From Tubiluchus corallicola (Eukaryota > Animalia > Priapulida): a DNA stretch of 64,000 nt. The stretch spans positions 1 to 64,000 of the forward strand of contig JAQGDQ010000235.1 of NCBI GenBank assembly GCA_030141605.1, read 5' to 3'. This document shows positions 52,131 to 63,779 of the stretch, piece by piece. The notes beneath the pieces are model-generated. The model saw nothing but the letters and a program-made list of their open reading frames with translations, was not told the origin of the DNA and ran no database searches. The position numbers and the translations under genes are program-made. The first letter of the stretch is position 1. Every line of letters starts with the position of its first letter.

Positions 52131-52542
52131 CAGGGTGGTTCATAACATTCTGCTTGGAGGGGTACAAAAACTACGGGTACAGATAAATTCATTACATCAG
52201 AGTACTGCCCAAACAGTAACGAATCAAGTCCTCAAAATTTGGCTTACAAACCCCATACATCTTGATGGGTATGATCGGAGCTGCAGACTCACAAAGTTCG
52301 CGATCCGATTACTCATCAACCGCATATTTTGTTCTCGCGTCACGCCTTCGGCTGGAGCGTCCAGCTCAACTGCATTTGGAGAGGTTGAATTTCCTTGCTA
52401 TTCAGTTCAGCTGAAAACCGCATCACCAAGTTTTGTGGTCACTGCTCCAATTACACCCCTGAAAAGGATGATAGGCTCTCTACTGTTTCAGCAGTACTTT
52501 AATGTAATAAGTTGTTCTAGGAAAACGTTATGTACCACCCTG
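52131..52542. mobile_element. Tc1/mariner MITE
   Basis: ta|cagggtggttcataac...gttatgtaccaccctg|ta. Confidence 0.88.
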
Positions 52543-52876
52543 TACAAACAGACTAATCAAGCTTACCAAATATAAACATCTGAAATCAGAGGTAAGATGA
52601 TAATGTTTATTATGCATTTACACATCACCGTGGAAACCAAAGCTTTAATATCAAAACAACAAAATAATCGAATTCTATTAACAGGTGACGCCACTGCACT
52701 TATAAACAGCACATGTTGGTTAAATGTATTTACAAGACCTAAGCAAAACTGGGACAGACATTTAATCTGTTGGTTAAATGTATTTACAAGACCTAAGCAA
52801 AACTGGGACAGACATTTAATCCATCTGAAAACAGTTTTTCATTTCACTTTTGCAATGCGATGCAAGATACCGTGGT

Positions 52877-53368
52877 ACAAGGTTTAAGACATCTTGAGTT
52901 AGACCTACTTTACACCAAACTGCAAACAGGTGTCTGTCTAGACTATGTTTAGCTTTGAACAAGGTTTAAGACATCTTGATTTAGACCTACTTCACACCAA
53001 ACTGCAAACAGGTGTCTGTCTAGACTATGTTTAGCTTTGAACAAGGTTTAAGACATCTTCATTTAGACTTACTTCACACCAAACTGCAAACAGTTGTCTG
53101 TCTAGACTATGTTTAGCTTTGAACAAGGTTTAAGACATCTTCATTTCGACCTACTCCACACCAAACTGCAAACAGTTGTCTGTCTAGACTATGTTTAGCT
53201 TTGAACAAGGTTTAAGACATCTTCATTTCGACCTACTCCACACCAAACTGCAAACAGTTGTCTGTCTAGACTATGTTTAGCTTTGAACAAGGTTTAAGAC
53301 ATCTTCATTTAGACCTACTCCACACCAGACTGCAAACAGGTGTCTGTCTAGACCATGTTTAGCTTTGA
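52877..53368. repeat. 82-bp tandem repeat (6 copies)
   Basis: Unit acaaggtttaagacatcttgatttagacctacttcacaccaaactgcaaacaggtgtctgtctagactatgtttagctttga. Confidence 0.95.
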
Positions 53369-53821
53369 CGGGAAACAACAATTTTTTCAACCCAAGTAAA
53401 GAAAAGATTTTTAATTGCCATCATACAGACAAAATCTTAGAAAAATGGTGCAAGAAAGCCCTACAAATGCAATTGTGACTACTGACTAAAATGCAGTTGT
53501 ACAAAATCTTGTCCATCACAAAACTGACAATGAAAATGACTCCAACATTTTAACAATAACCTCATCAGAGTTCAAGTGAAAATAAAATTTCAGCTTTCAA
53601 CTTTTACTCTTAAAAAGCACGGGGCATCTTAGCCTAGAGTTTAAAGGAAAGATCAAGTCAATTGGGTGGCATGTTGGCTTTCTTACTGCTATCACTTAAA
53701 CTTGGAAAAATATAACAAAGAAATTTGCAAAAAACTTTCTATCAAGCAAAAATTAATTTATACTACCCCCTGTATAGAATTTTCAGGCGCAGTAGTATCC
53801 GCCATTGACTTGAGAATTTTC

Positions 53822-54918
53822 ACCTAACTGGTAGACTTCGTGACATTTCGTACGCACATTGTACCTAACTGGTAGACTTCGTGACATTTCGTACGCACAT
53901 CGTACCTAACTGGTAGATTTCGTGACATTTCGTACGCACATCGTACCTAACTGGTAGATTTTGTGACATTTCGTACGCACATCGTACCTAACTGGTAGAC
54001 TTCGTGACATTTCGTACGCACATCGTACCTAACTGGTAGACTTCGTGACATTTCGTACGCACATCGTACCTAACTGGTAGACTTCGTACGCACATCGTAC
54101 CTAACTGGTAGACTTCGTGACATTTCGTACGCACAGCGTACCGAACTGGTAGACTTCGTGACATTTCGTACGCACATCGTACCGAACTGGTAGACTTCGT
54201 GACATTTCGTACGCACATCGTACCTAACTGGTAGACTTCGTGACATTTCGTACGCACATCGTACCTAACTGGTAGACTTCGTGACATTCCGTACGCACAT
54301 CGTACCTAACTGGTAGACTTCGTGACATTTCCTACGCACATCGTACCGAACTGGTAGACTTCGTGACATTTCGTACGCACATCGTACCGAACTGGTAGAC
54401 TTCGTGACATTTCGTATGCACATTGTACCTAACTGGTAGACTTCGTGACATTTCGTACGCACATCGTACCTAACTGGTAGACTTCGTGACATTTCGTACG
54501 CACATCGTACCTAACTGGTAGACTTCGTGACATTTCGTACGCACATTGTACCTAACTGGTAGACTTCGTGACATTTCGTACGCACATCGTACCTAAGTGG
54601 TAGACTTCGTGACATTTCGTACGCACATCGTACCTAACTGGTAGACTTCGTGACATTTCGTACGCACATCGTACCTAACTGGTAGACTTCGTGACTTTTC
54701 GTACGCACATCGTACCTAACTGGTAGACTTCGTGACATTTCGTACGCACATAGTACCTAACTGGTAGACTTCGTGACATTTCGTACGCACATCGTACCTA
54801 ACTGGTAGATTTCGTGACATTTCGTACGCACATCGTACCTAACTGGTAGACTTCGTGACATTTCGTACGCACATCGTACCTAACTGGTAGATTTCGTGAC
54901 ATTTCGTACGCACATCGT
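53822..54918. repeat. 41-bp CpG-rich minisatellite (about 27 copies)
   Basis: Unit acctaactggtagacttcgtgacatttcgtacgcacatcgt. Confidence 0.97.
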
Positions 54919-55241
54919 AAGCGTGCGTTGCTTAAAGTAATTCAAACTTCTCCAGCTTACCTAATGTTCATGCAAAAATAATGCAAAATGTTTTAATTTT
55001 CTGTAAGAACTTTTATTATACTTCAAACAGAAGCTGACAGTGTGCTGCTTCACCGACATGAATGGCGTCATTTGTGGAAGAATGGACACTTGAAATGGGA
55101 GCGCCAGTTTAAAGTGATTTTACTAATTACACGAGATGCTTATCACACCTTTATTACTAAATCCTTCTAACATTTTTGCAAACAGGCCTTCAAACTTCCC
55201 AGAAAACTTTCCCTTTCCTTTAACTTTTAGCTGGTAATTAA

Positions 55242-55788
55242 AGGAAAACCGGACAATTATTTAGACTCAATCCCAGTTTAATTTACTGTTCAAAATTTAC
55301 ATTTTCTTGCCTATAAAAGTTAGCAACTGCTTCTTATATTTGAATAATTAGCTTAGAAAGTTAATTAATGGCAACCGAACACAGCTATTGCTTACGTCAG
55401 AAACTAACCACAGTTTGTGCAATGGCAGGTATCTTCCCTAGCGTGTCAAGCACATTTGCATAAGTGTTACAGTATTCTTTAAACGCATGATGTCACGAAA
55501 AATGGGCTCTACATCATATGACGCCATAAACTAACACTGCAATTCATGATCATGCTTATCACGGTACCACCTTCTATTTGTTGGCCACGCGCACGTGACA
55601 AAAAGGCGCCATTGCCAATCTGAGTAGATTCACTGAGGCACGTAGCTTTGAAAGTTTAATGAAATTTGAGTATCCGAGGTAATTAATATTTAATCTAAAC
55701 TTTGATTTAAAATAAGCTATTGTAGTTTTCAATATTTTAGAGCATTCCTTATTCTGAACTCGTGTTTACACAATCATCCTGTTTTCCT
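55242..55788. mobile_element. Kolobok-like MITE, inverted relative to 19832-20375
   Basis: ttaa|aggaaaaccggac...atcctgttttcct|ttaa. Confidence 0.85.
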
Positions 55789-55954
55789 TTAATCACGAAA
55801 ACTTGACAAAATGCAAGCATTAATTAAGTAGGAATAATCTTCAATAAGAATGAATGGAATGTTTCTGCAGTATGTCTGCCAACAAAGAATTATGGCTGAA
55901 TAGTTGTACAATTGCATCAATAACATTACAGTAACCATCAGTTTCTATACCACA

Positions 55955-56465
55955 ACATATCAACTTCAGTTCTCGCAATATCCAATCAAGACTTCAGTTC
56001 TTGCAATATCCAATCAAGACTTCAGTTCTCACAATATATCAACTTCAGTTCTCGCAATATCCAATCAAGACTTCAGTTCTCGCAATATGCAATCAAGACT
56101 TCAGTTCTTGCAATATCCAATCAAGACTTCAGTTCTCACAATATATCAACTTCAGTTCTTGCAATAATATCCAATCAAGACTTCAGTTCTCGCAATATCC
56201 AATCAAGACTTCAGATCTCGCAATATGCAATCAAGACTTCAGTTCTTGCAATATCCAATCAAGACTTCAGTTCTCGCAATATCCAATCAAGACTTCAGTT
56301 CTCACAACATGCAATCAAGACTTCAGTTCTCACAATATGTAATCAAGACTTCAGATCTCACAATATCCAATCAAGACTTCAGTTCTCGCAGTATGCAATC
56401 AAGACTTCAGTTCTCGCAATATCCAATCAAGACTTCAGTTCTCACAATATCCAATCAAGACTTCA
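55955..56465. repeat. ~28-bp minisatellite (about 18 copies) overlapping the TRMT1L stop codon
   Basis: Unit caatatccaatcaagacttcagttctcg; the last copy runs into the coding exon. Confidence 0.93.
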
Positions 56466-59400
56466 TGCTGCTGCAGCGCTTTTCCATCGTTTCCTTCACC
56501 TGCTGTAAGGTGGCAGCAGTTCTAATAGCGTAAGGTTCGAAATGAGTTCGGCTTGCTCTGTATCCCTCCGCGTGTAGATACTCAATCAGTCTGTTTACAC
56601 GGGGCATTTTGATCTTCATGCCCTCTTTCACACAGCGAGAAAAAAGCCTGAAATCCAAGGACGTTAAATTAGCAATATTACTGATCCACATAAAAAGTTT
56701 ACAACCAATGGCAACTCGTGTATAGGTACTGTGTCTCTGCAGCACCCCCAATTTTCTCTCAATATTATCAATCAATAATATTCAATATAATAAGTCTTTA
56801 TTCTTTAGTTCTTTCTTTATACTTGTAAGGAATCAGAACACGTGAGGGTAGTACTGTTTAGTTCACAAAGCAGCAAGGTGGTGTGTTTGGCTGTTGTGCG
56901 CATGCGGTCACGTCTGAGATAACACACTGTATGCTGCACTGCTAGCGTCTGCTGCTAGGCAGAAAAAGTACTGTCACTCACACATTTTTTTGTCAGTTGT
57001 CATGCGCTTAAGAACTGTGTGCTGGCATATTCTTAAACTGTGGCAATTTAGGCTATTCATAAGCAAAAAATTATTTGGTTTAGCACTTCATCAAGTTTAC
57101 ATATAAATTTTCGTCTGTTTGTTGTTTAAAATTACAATTACAAATTACAACATTAAGAGTACACATGTTTGTTTGATTTACAAGTATTTAAACAATGGCT
57201 AAACATTTTCTGAAGCAGCTCTGCCAATGCTTTTAATTATGAGCCGCCACTGGTTTAGAACAGAAAACTGATTTGTCATCCAGGACATTCTGGCACTGTC
57301 TGTGACTGCATTAATGTGTAAATGCACGTGGTTTATGATGTATTAGGGTTCGTCCTAGGGATAGCATTCACTGCTTAACTATTTGTATTTTGTACACATG
57401 TATAAGAACGCATTCAATATGGCCGAATTGTAACTGTGGATTTCGATTTGAGTCTGGTGAACACTTTTTGTTGCACTGCCTATTGTATCAACAAACTAGG
57501 GTTGTTATGTTTGATAAACTAAATGAAATGCTTCTGCCTGAAAACCTTAATATAGCTGCCTTAGGAACTAATGATCTGTTGAAGTTGTTATTATTCGGAA
57601 AAGATGAATTTAACTATGTTGCTAACTGTAAAACGTTCCAATGCATACATGACTTTATATTACGTACTAAACGCTTCCAGTAGTTTCTATCTGATATGAA
57701 ATGCATCAGTCTTAAATATTCGTACATTAATATTTTCTAACCGTCATTTTCTACTAATGTCTAATGTAATCTTGTAGTAAAACTTGTCAGCTTGTGTAGT
57801 TATAGTCTATTCTTACTGTAAATGTCACTAATGTCTAATGTAATCTTGTAGTAAAACTTGTCAGCTTGCGTAGTTATAGTCTATTCTTACTGTAAATGTT
57901 CTTGTAAATAGTGTATAAAGTCTGTTGTAGTGAGGATCCTAAATCATGTTGTTCAAACTGTCTGATCCAATCGTATAATAAATAATTCTTAAACTAATGC
58001 ATTTAAACTACATGATATTATAGTGATGGCATATGACATTTGATTATGAAAATGAGTATAAATGCAGCTAATTTGTTGCAAATGTCTATTGTAAATGCGA
58101 AATCAGGTAAGCAGTGGCAGCTCATTGTTAAAATTAGTGGGGGGGGGGGCTGCTTCAGAAAATTTTAGCCATTGTCTCAATACTGTGTAAAACGAAACAA
58201 ACGTGTAATTTTAATACTGTAATTTGTAATTGTAATTTTAAACAACGAAAGATACGAAAATTTATACATAAACTTCATAAAATCCTAAACAAAAAATATT
58301 TTTGGTTTACTAATAACCTGAATTGTCGCAATTCAAGGTTGATCCAGTCACTGTGAATACAGGACAACAAACTGTGTGAGGAACAGTACTTTCTCTACCT
58401 GGGCTTAGACATGTACGCAGTGTGCTGGGCAGAAAATCAACAGTACTAAACTCACGTGCTTTGGTTCCGCACAATTATAATGAAAGAACTAAAAAAAAGA
58501 CTTATTATATTGAATATTATCGATAATACCGAGTAGGTTACACACTGAAAGTGTTCTGCCACAACTAAACAGAATTATTGCATTTTTTCTTCATTTTTCT
58601 AACCTTACACAATGTACACAATTGCAAACTGCGGCTTCTTATTCGCATTCACGTGACGTGTGTAGCTGACATAATAATAGAGCAGTTAATGAATGTACGT
58701 GTCTAGAAAAATAGTTTTCGTGGAGAGCGATAAAATCCGTGAAGACGTTTATAGGTTACATATCCCTGCAATCACTAAAAACATGTCTAAAACACAAAAA
58801 AATTACTGAAAAAGATTAATCGTGATATCGAATTACAAGAACAAGATGGTATCGAATTACATAACTTCAAGATTGCCCATCACTTATTCATATTATGCAT
58901 AATTTATTTATTTAATAATTGTAATATTTACCTCTGAACATGATAATAGAATGGAGGCATCGTTGGCGCCACATCGAATTCCAGTTTCTGCCTTTTCCGG
59001 TTTGCGCTTGCCTCTCCTGCGTTTTTTCTTTTCCTCGTCTCGGCACTAACTGAATCACCGCCATTGTTACCATCATTGATGAAGAAACTTACTGCACTGC
59101 TTGATTCTTCCGTGAAAGTGTCATCGACATCCGCTTCCCGAACCCCATCCCTGCCTTCCCGCGTGGAAATCAGACCGCTACTTATGGACAGTGACAAACC
59201 GCGAGGATTCACGGGTTCCCGGGAGCAAACGGATTCTTGATACGCCAGTCCAAGCATGTCGTCTAACTTACTAAGGTTGAGATCGAGTCTTTTATGTTGT
59301 CCTAACATGCTGCCGAGAAACTGCGTGTCGTAGATGTCACCGGACCACATTGGACCCAATTCTACGGCTGTTTTCCCAGGCATAGTCGATTGACATAAAC

Positions 59401-60415
59401 AGGATAGTAAGGAATAGGTGTCGTCAACTGGAAAATGGGAGTTTGGAATGAAGACTATTTCTCTACACATTTGGCAGTATAAGGCTTTCTGTATCTGAGA
59501 AACGCACTTGTCTGCAAAAACCGAACCTCTGCATATTTGCACGGCGGTAAAAACGAAATGTTCTGTGCAAAACGAGGCCAGAATTTTGACACCTTTGTTA
59601 CACAGAGCCGCCGACTTTGCCACGGCGGCCAACAGTAATCGCACGGCAATTTCTTTCGTGCAGTCGCACTTCACGGTGTAAGCGCCGTAATTGCGCAAAG
59701 TCACCTGCTGGTGCTTGCCGTAGAGCGCGGCGACGTCCGTGGCCGTTATTGCAACTACGCCGCCGTTGCGGACGTGTCGAAACGCAGCCTGGAGATAGGG
59801 TACCGGAGTGCCGTAAGGGTCCAAGTGGACAAAATCGTATCCACACTCGTGTAGCAAAACATTTGTGTCCTTATGAATTATATTAACATCATTCGTCGTG
59901 ACATAATCATCATAGTTATTGCTTCGTTCAGCTGGAGATTTCTTTCCTGAGATGGGAGAAACATTTCTTGTAAATTCTGTACTTTCACCAGTGGCTAATG
60001 GATCTACCAATTCTTTGTACTTGCAACTATAACTGGATAGTTCATTAAGTTTATACACAATATCATTGAGTTTACAATTCTCCTGTATACATTTAACTGC
60101 AATCATGTTATTGTCACATAGAGAAACTTTAATGCGATCACCAAACTTTTTCTTCCATGTTAATGCCATTAAACCTGTAGCTGAAAAAGCATCAAGGCAC
60201 TCCCAAATCTTCTGCCCTGCACCGCTACCATCCCTCTGCTCGAGTGCTGCCCCCAGTGTGCACATCACCAAGCTGCGATTCACTATCATTTTCGGGTTAT
60301 AAAACGTGTTAGTTTTTGTAGGGAATGCGTGATTCTTGTCTACTAGCACTGTCACTCCATTTTCAGTAACTGTTTTGTATTGTTTGATATCTACAGTGTT
60401 TGTATTTTCCTCCAT
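56455..60415 (-). CDS. TRMT1L: TRMT1-like tRNA (guanine-N2)-dimethyltransferase family protein, 2 coding exons, 558 aa
   Basis: Exons (-): 58932-60415 and 56455-56647, phase 2, GT-AG. Motifs FYNPKMIVNRSL, ECLDAFSATGLMALTW, FVHLDPYGT, TATDVAALYG, CQMC...C.C...GKTAVELGPMWSG, PPFYY, GYRASRTHFEP fit TRMT1L better than TRMT1. Confidence 0.9.
56706..57252 (+). mobile_element. hAT MITE, family A
   Basis: gtttacaac|caatggcaactc...gagccgccactg|gtttagaac near-perfect flanking duplication; body homologous to 15911-16409. Confidence 0.85.
57400..57985 (+). mobile_element. 5'-truncated non-LTR retrotransposon (CR1/L2-like) 3' end
   Basis: CNCG...E...HFLLHC..Y...R......LLFG.....N...F..IHDFI..TKRF* is the C-terminal CCHC region of invertebrate LINE ORF2; followed by a 3' UTR with a ~70-bp duplication and an (aata)n tail. 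Confidence 0.8.
58112..58535 (-). mobile_element. hAT MITE family A, inverted and truncated copy
   Basis: cagtggcagctc...gctgcttcagaaaattttagcc is the reverse complement of the family A right end. Confidence 0.8.
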
Positions 60416-60806
60416 TTTTTTGGGAATGTCAAATGTTTCACTGTTCAGTACCTAGAAACAGATACAAACTATTACAATTCTTGAGCCACTCAGTTGTCAA
60501 AGAGTTATCCTTTAGACTGAGATGTTGAATCGACTGCGGCATTTCAGCCATGTTCGAATGTATATGTGGCGAACACTTAGAGCCAATACGGAATGTGAAA
60601 CCACCATTAAGCAATTATTGGCAATTACATATCATTTACTAACCAGCACTAACGTTGCTTAACTTTGGTCACTAAATACACTTGGACCATCCATATAATA
60701 TATTTACAAACTTTTAACATGGTCAGCTTCATCTTGTAATTAGCCACATTATCATAGTGCTCACAGTTATTACAGTTTAAATTAGATATTATGTCATCAA
60801 AAACTG

Positions 60807-60812
60807 TTTATT
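60807..60812 (-). terminator. Putative TTC27 polyadenylation signal (AATAAA on the minus strand)
   Basis: tttatt on +, about 325 nt after the TTC27 stop; first canonical hexamer I could find downstream. Confidence 0.5.
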
Positions 60813-61136
60813 CTTCAAGCAAAGCATTGTCAAAATTGTTGAAAATTGTTAAGGTACCTTGGACAAACATGCTTCGCTACGTATGACAGTTATAAGGTGT
60901 TTGGGACTTAAACAGCAACAATTATCTGTTTTGCTACTAACTTAAAGGCAATACTAACTCAAAAATAACTGTTTTGAAACTGTAAAAATAGTTTTCTGAT
61001 AAACTTAGCACACCGTTACCATTGTGATAACAATAGCATACACATGATTTGAAACATGTTGGTCACATAACCATGCTACAACTTCAAACTGAAATTCAAT
61101 TTTTAATCACCAGTAAATTAATTAAGCCGTACCCAT

Positions 61137-63779
61137 TCAAGTGGACTTGATCTGGTCAATAATCGTCAGTACATTGGTCAGCTTTTCCTGTAATTCGGCT
61201 GGATGATCCGGTTCACTTCCCTCGTCGCCGAGCTGTGTTTGATGTTGATTAATTTTAGCGATGACGCTTTTCAACATCAGTTTAGCAGACGACAGTAAAC
61301 GAAGACTCTCGTCTTGATTGAGCCGAGCGCATTCAACGTAAGCGTCTGACAAACGCCGAGACAAACTGCTCATGTCTTTCACTGTTTTTGCATTCTTCTC
61401 CCACCCCGCTGCAAGCGTCATGCACCTGTGAGCTTTCTGTAGATAAGCGAGCGCCTTCTCCTTGTTTTCATCCGTGTCTCCATCATCGCCCGAGCGCGTC
61501 AATAAAGCGTAGAGGTCGTAAACTTCTGCACTGCCCGTGATCTGAGACGTTATTCGTCCCATTAATTTCAGCGCCTTCCCTTTCAGGTTCGTTGCAGGAT
61601 TACCTTGTGCATCGTGAATGCCCTCGGAAACGGCTCTGATTAGAATTCCCAGGACTTCCACATCGGAATATTTCTCCTTCAGGTCCATGAGTCGGTGAAA
61701 TGCGGTGATGACGTCATCAAAGAAACCGCAGTCCGTACTAACGAGCAGGAAATTCTCCCAAATCTTCCAGTTTTCGTAACTGCACTTCAGGGCTTCCTGT
61801 AGGATTCGGTGAGCTCGTTGTTTTTGTTTCAACTTAACATAAACCGAAGCCAGGTTACACCACGCTTCCGAGTTGTCCGGATCCAAGTTAGTGGCTTCGT
61901 GAAAAGCTTTTGCAGCTAAATCGTAGTGTTTCGACCAGAGGGCAGAACAGCCCAAGGAGAACCAAACCTGCTCCTGCAACGGGTTGATTTTCACAGATCG
62001 CTGGAAACACGGAACACATTCTGCATAATTTTTATTTGCCAGATGCAAATAGCCAAGCGACCGCTGAGCACGAGAACTTTTGTGATTGGACATTTCCCAA
62101 GCCTTTAAATAGAAATCGCCATTCCGTGTTATATCTCCCAAAATGCACCACAGATCAGGAGTTTCTTTCAATGCCAACTGTTCGCGCACAACCTGCTCTG
62201 CCCTTTCCTTCCGACCCAGTAGCTGTAGGCATGTGATGACATCATCCCATAGACAAAGGCGTTCGAATATCTCTAGCGCACTTTGAGTGGCACCCAGGCG
62301 CATTAATACGTTAGCTAGCTCTTTCTCGATTAGATACTTTGGTGGTAAACACACAGCAAAGAAAACCTTCATTCTTTCTTCAGGCGAAGCGTCCACATTC
62401 ATGGTTTGGTCCATCAGCTCTTGCAGCTGCATCATTCCTCGTTCCATGCGACGAGTTTTACGTTCGTCAAGTTTCGCCCGCATGAACAGCGCCATCGTCT
62501 GCGTGGCCCAGTCTGATGGCCCAGCAAGCACCCGCGAGAGATAAGCTTCTAACTCTTCGGTTGCTAAAACATCGACAGGACTGCTTCGCTTTTTGTACGC
62601 ACACAATGCTAAAAGAAACGCTTGTTCTAATGGGGAGAGTTTTTCCAACAGGCGCTCCTCAGAAAACTGGACATTGGTCAGTAAAGTGTCGTCTTCTACC
62701 TGAACATTCCGCGGTAAAAAGTAAGCATGTTTGTCTGCGCTCTCGTTTACAGATCTAGATGATCCAGTGATTGACTCATCTACAGATCTAGATGATCCAG
62801 TGATTGACTCATCTACAGATCTAGAAGATCCAGTGATTGACTCGTCTACAGATCTAGAAGATCCAGTGATTGACTCGTCTACAGATCTAGATGATCCAGT
62901 GATTGATTTTACATTCAGCTGAAGCTGAGAAATGCTGTTTTGTTGAAATTTAGTTCTCTTACCCAAAGCTCCAGTCAAACTCACTTGTAAACCAAGCAAA
63001 TCTTGGCACTCGTCCAACAACTGCTTGGCTGACGTGTACTTATAATAAAAAAGGTAAATGTGTGCAATTTCAATAAAGAATTCAACTTTTTTGTCCGGTT
63101 TGTCGGGCGGCAACAAATCACGAGCCGTGTCAATCAAACTAAATAACGACTTGGAAATCGTGTGAGATTTTTCGGGAAGCATCTGCTGGTGTATCCACAG
63201 ACAACGAATAGTCCAATGATGAACAATACTTGAACACAAGGTAAACTCAGAAGCCATGTCGACAAATATTACACGAGTGATATAAAAGTATTCCGGCCAC
63301 TGCATCTTTTGATATATTGATTCTCCATCAATGCTTAATGAGTTGAAAGTAGCACTCTGTGTGTCAACATCTTTACACTCAGAAAGGCTACATAATATTG
63401 GCAACACACACACTGGTTTATACTCCAAGGTTGAGGGTGGGCCAGTCCAATTGTTCTGAATAAATAATTTAAAGGCTGCTATACCAGCAAATATCAAACT
63501 TAGCTCTCGAGACCCATTTTCTCCCTCCTGCGACAAAAACGTTTTCAGTATGGTTGTCACGCGTTGATGTATATCATACTCCTGTATATCTGATGTGCAA
63601 CACGCTTTAAGTTGATCGTTAAATGACGATAATACTTGTTGATAATCGCCAACGGTAATTAAGTGGGCAGCTTCACGAACATGGCTTCCAAGGAAACAAG
63701 ATTTCAAGATATCTGTGCCAAAAGCCCATGGCGGAAGTACACTGTCAAAATCACACGCCTCATCTCCAACAAGTTCCAT
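61137..63779 (-). CDS. TTC27: Tetratricopeptide repeat protein 27 (Emw1-like), intronless CDS, 880 aa
   Basis: Single ORF with motifs FIQNNWTGP, LTGALGKRTKFQQ, RRMERGMMQLQEL, SALEIFERLCLWDDVITC, SSRAQRSLG, INPLQ..VWFSLGC, PDNSEAWCNL, YENWKIWENF. Confidence 0.93.
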   Translation of the reverse strand: MELVGDEACDFDSVLPPWAFGTDILKSCFLGSHVREAAHLITVGDYQQVLSSFNDQLKACCTSDIQEYDIHQRVTTILKTFLSQEGENGSRELSLIFAGIAAFKLFIQNNWTGPPSTLEYKPVCVLPILCSLSECKDVDTQSATFNSLSIDGESIYQKMQWPEYFYITRVIFVDMASEFTLCSSIVHHWTIRCLWIHQQMLPEKSHTISKSLFSLIDTARDLLPPDKPDKKVEFFIEIAHIYLFYYKYTSAKQLLDECQDLLGLQVSLTGALGKRTKFQQNSISQLQLNVKSITGSSRSVDESITGSSRSVDESITGSSRSVDESITGSSRSVDESITGSSRSVNESADKHAYFLPRNVQVEDDTLLTNVQFSEERLLEKLSPLEQAFLLALCAYKKRSSPVDVLATEELEAYLSRVLAGPSDWATQTMALFMRAKLDERKTRRMERGMMQLQELMDQTMNVDASPEERMKVFFAVCLPPKYLIEKELANVLMRLGATQSALEIFERLCLWDDVITCLQLLGRKERAEQVVREQLALKETPDLWCILGDITRNGDFYLKAWEMSNHKSSRAQRSLGYLHLANKNYAECVPCFQRSVKINPLQEQVWFSLGCSALWSKHYDLAAKAFHEATNLDPDNSEAWCNLASVYVKLKQKQRAHRILQEALKCSYENWKIWENFLLVSTDCGFFDDVITAFHRLMDLKEKYSDVEVLGILIRAVSEGIHDAQGNPATNLKGKALKLMGRITSQITGSAEVYDLYALLTRSGDDGDTDENKEKALAYLQKAHRCMTLAAGWEKNAKTVKDMSSLSRRLSDAYVECARLNQDESLRLLSSAKLMLKSVIAKINQHQTQLGDEGSEPDHPAELQEKLTNVLTIIDQIKST
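62745..62908 (-). repeat. In-frame 33-bp coding repeat (5 copies, ITGSSRSVDES) in TTC27
   Basis: tacagatctaga(t/a)gatccagtgattgactc(a/g)tc repeated five times. Confidence 0.95.

Noticed and set aside
7197-54918. CRISPR-like appearance of 25-49-bp repeats, some with hairpins
   Set aside because: Units are head-to-tail with no unique spacers, no cas genes are present, and the context is eukaryotic
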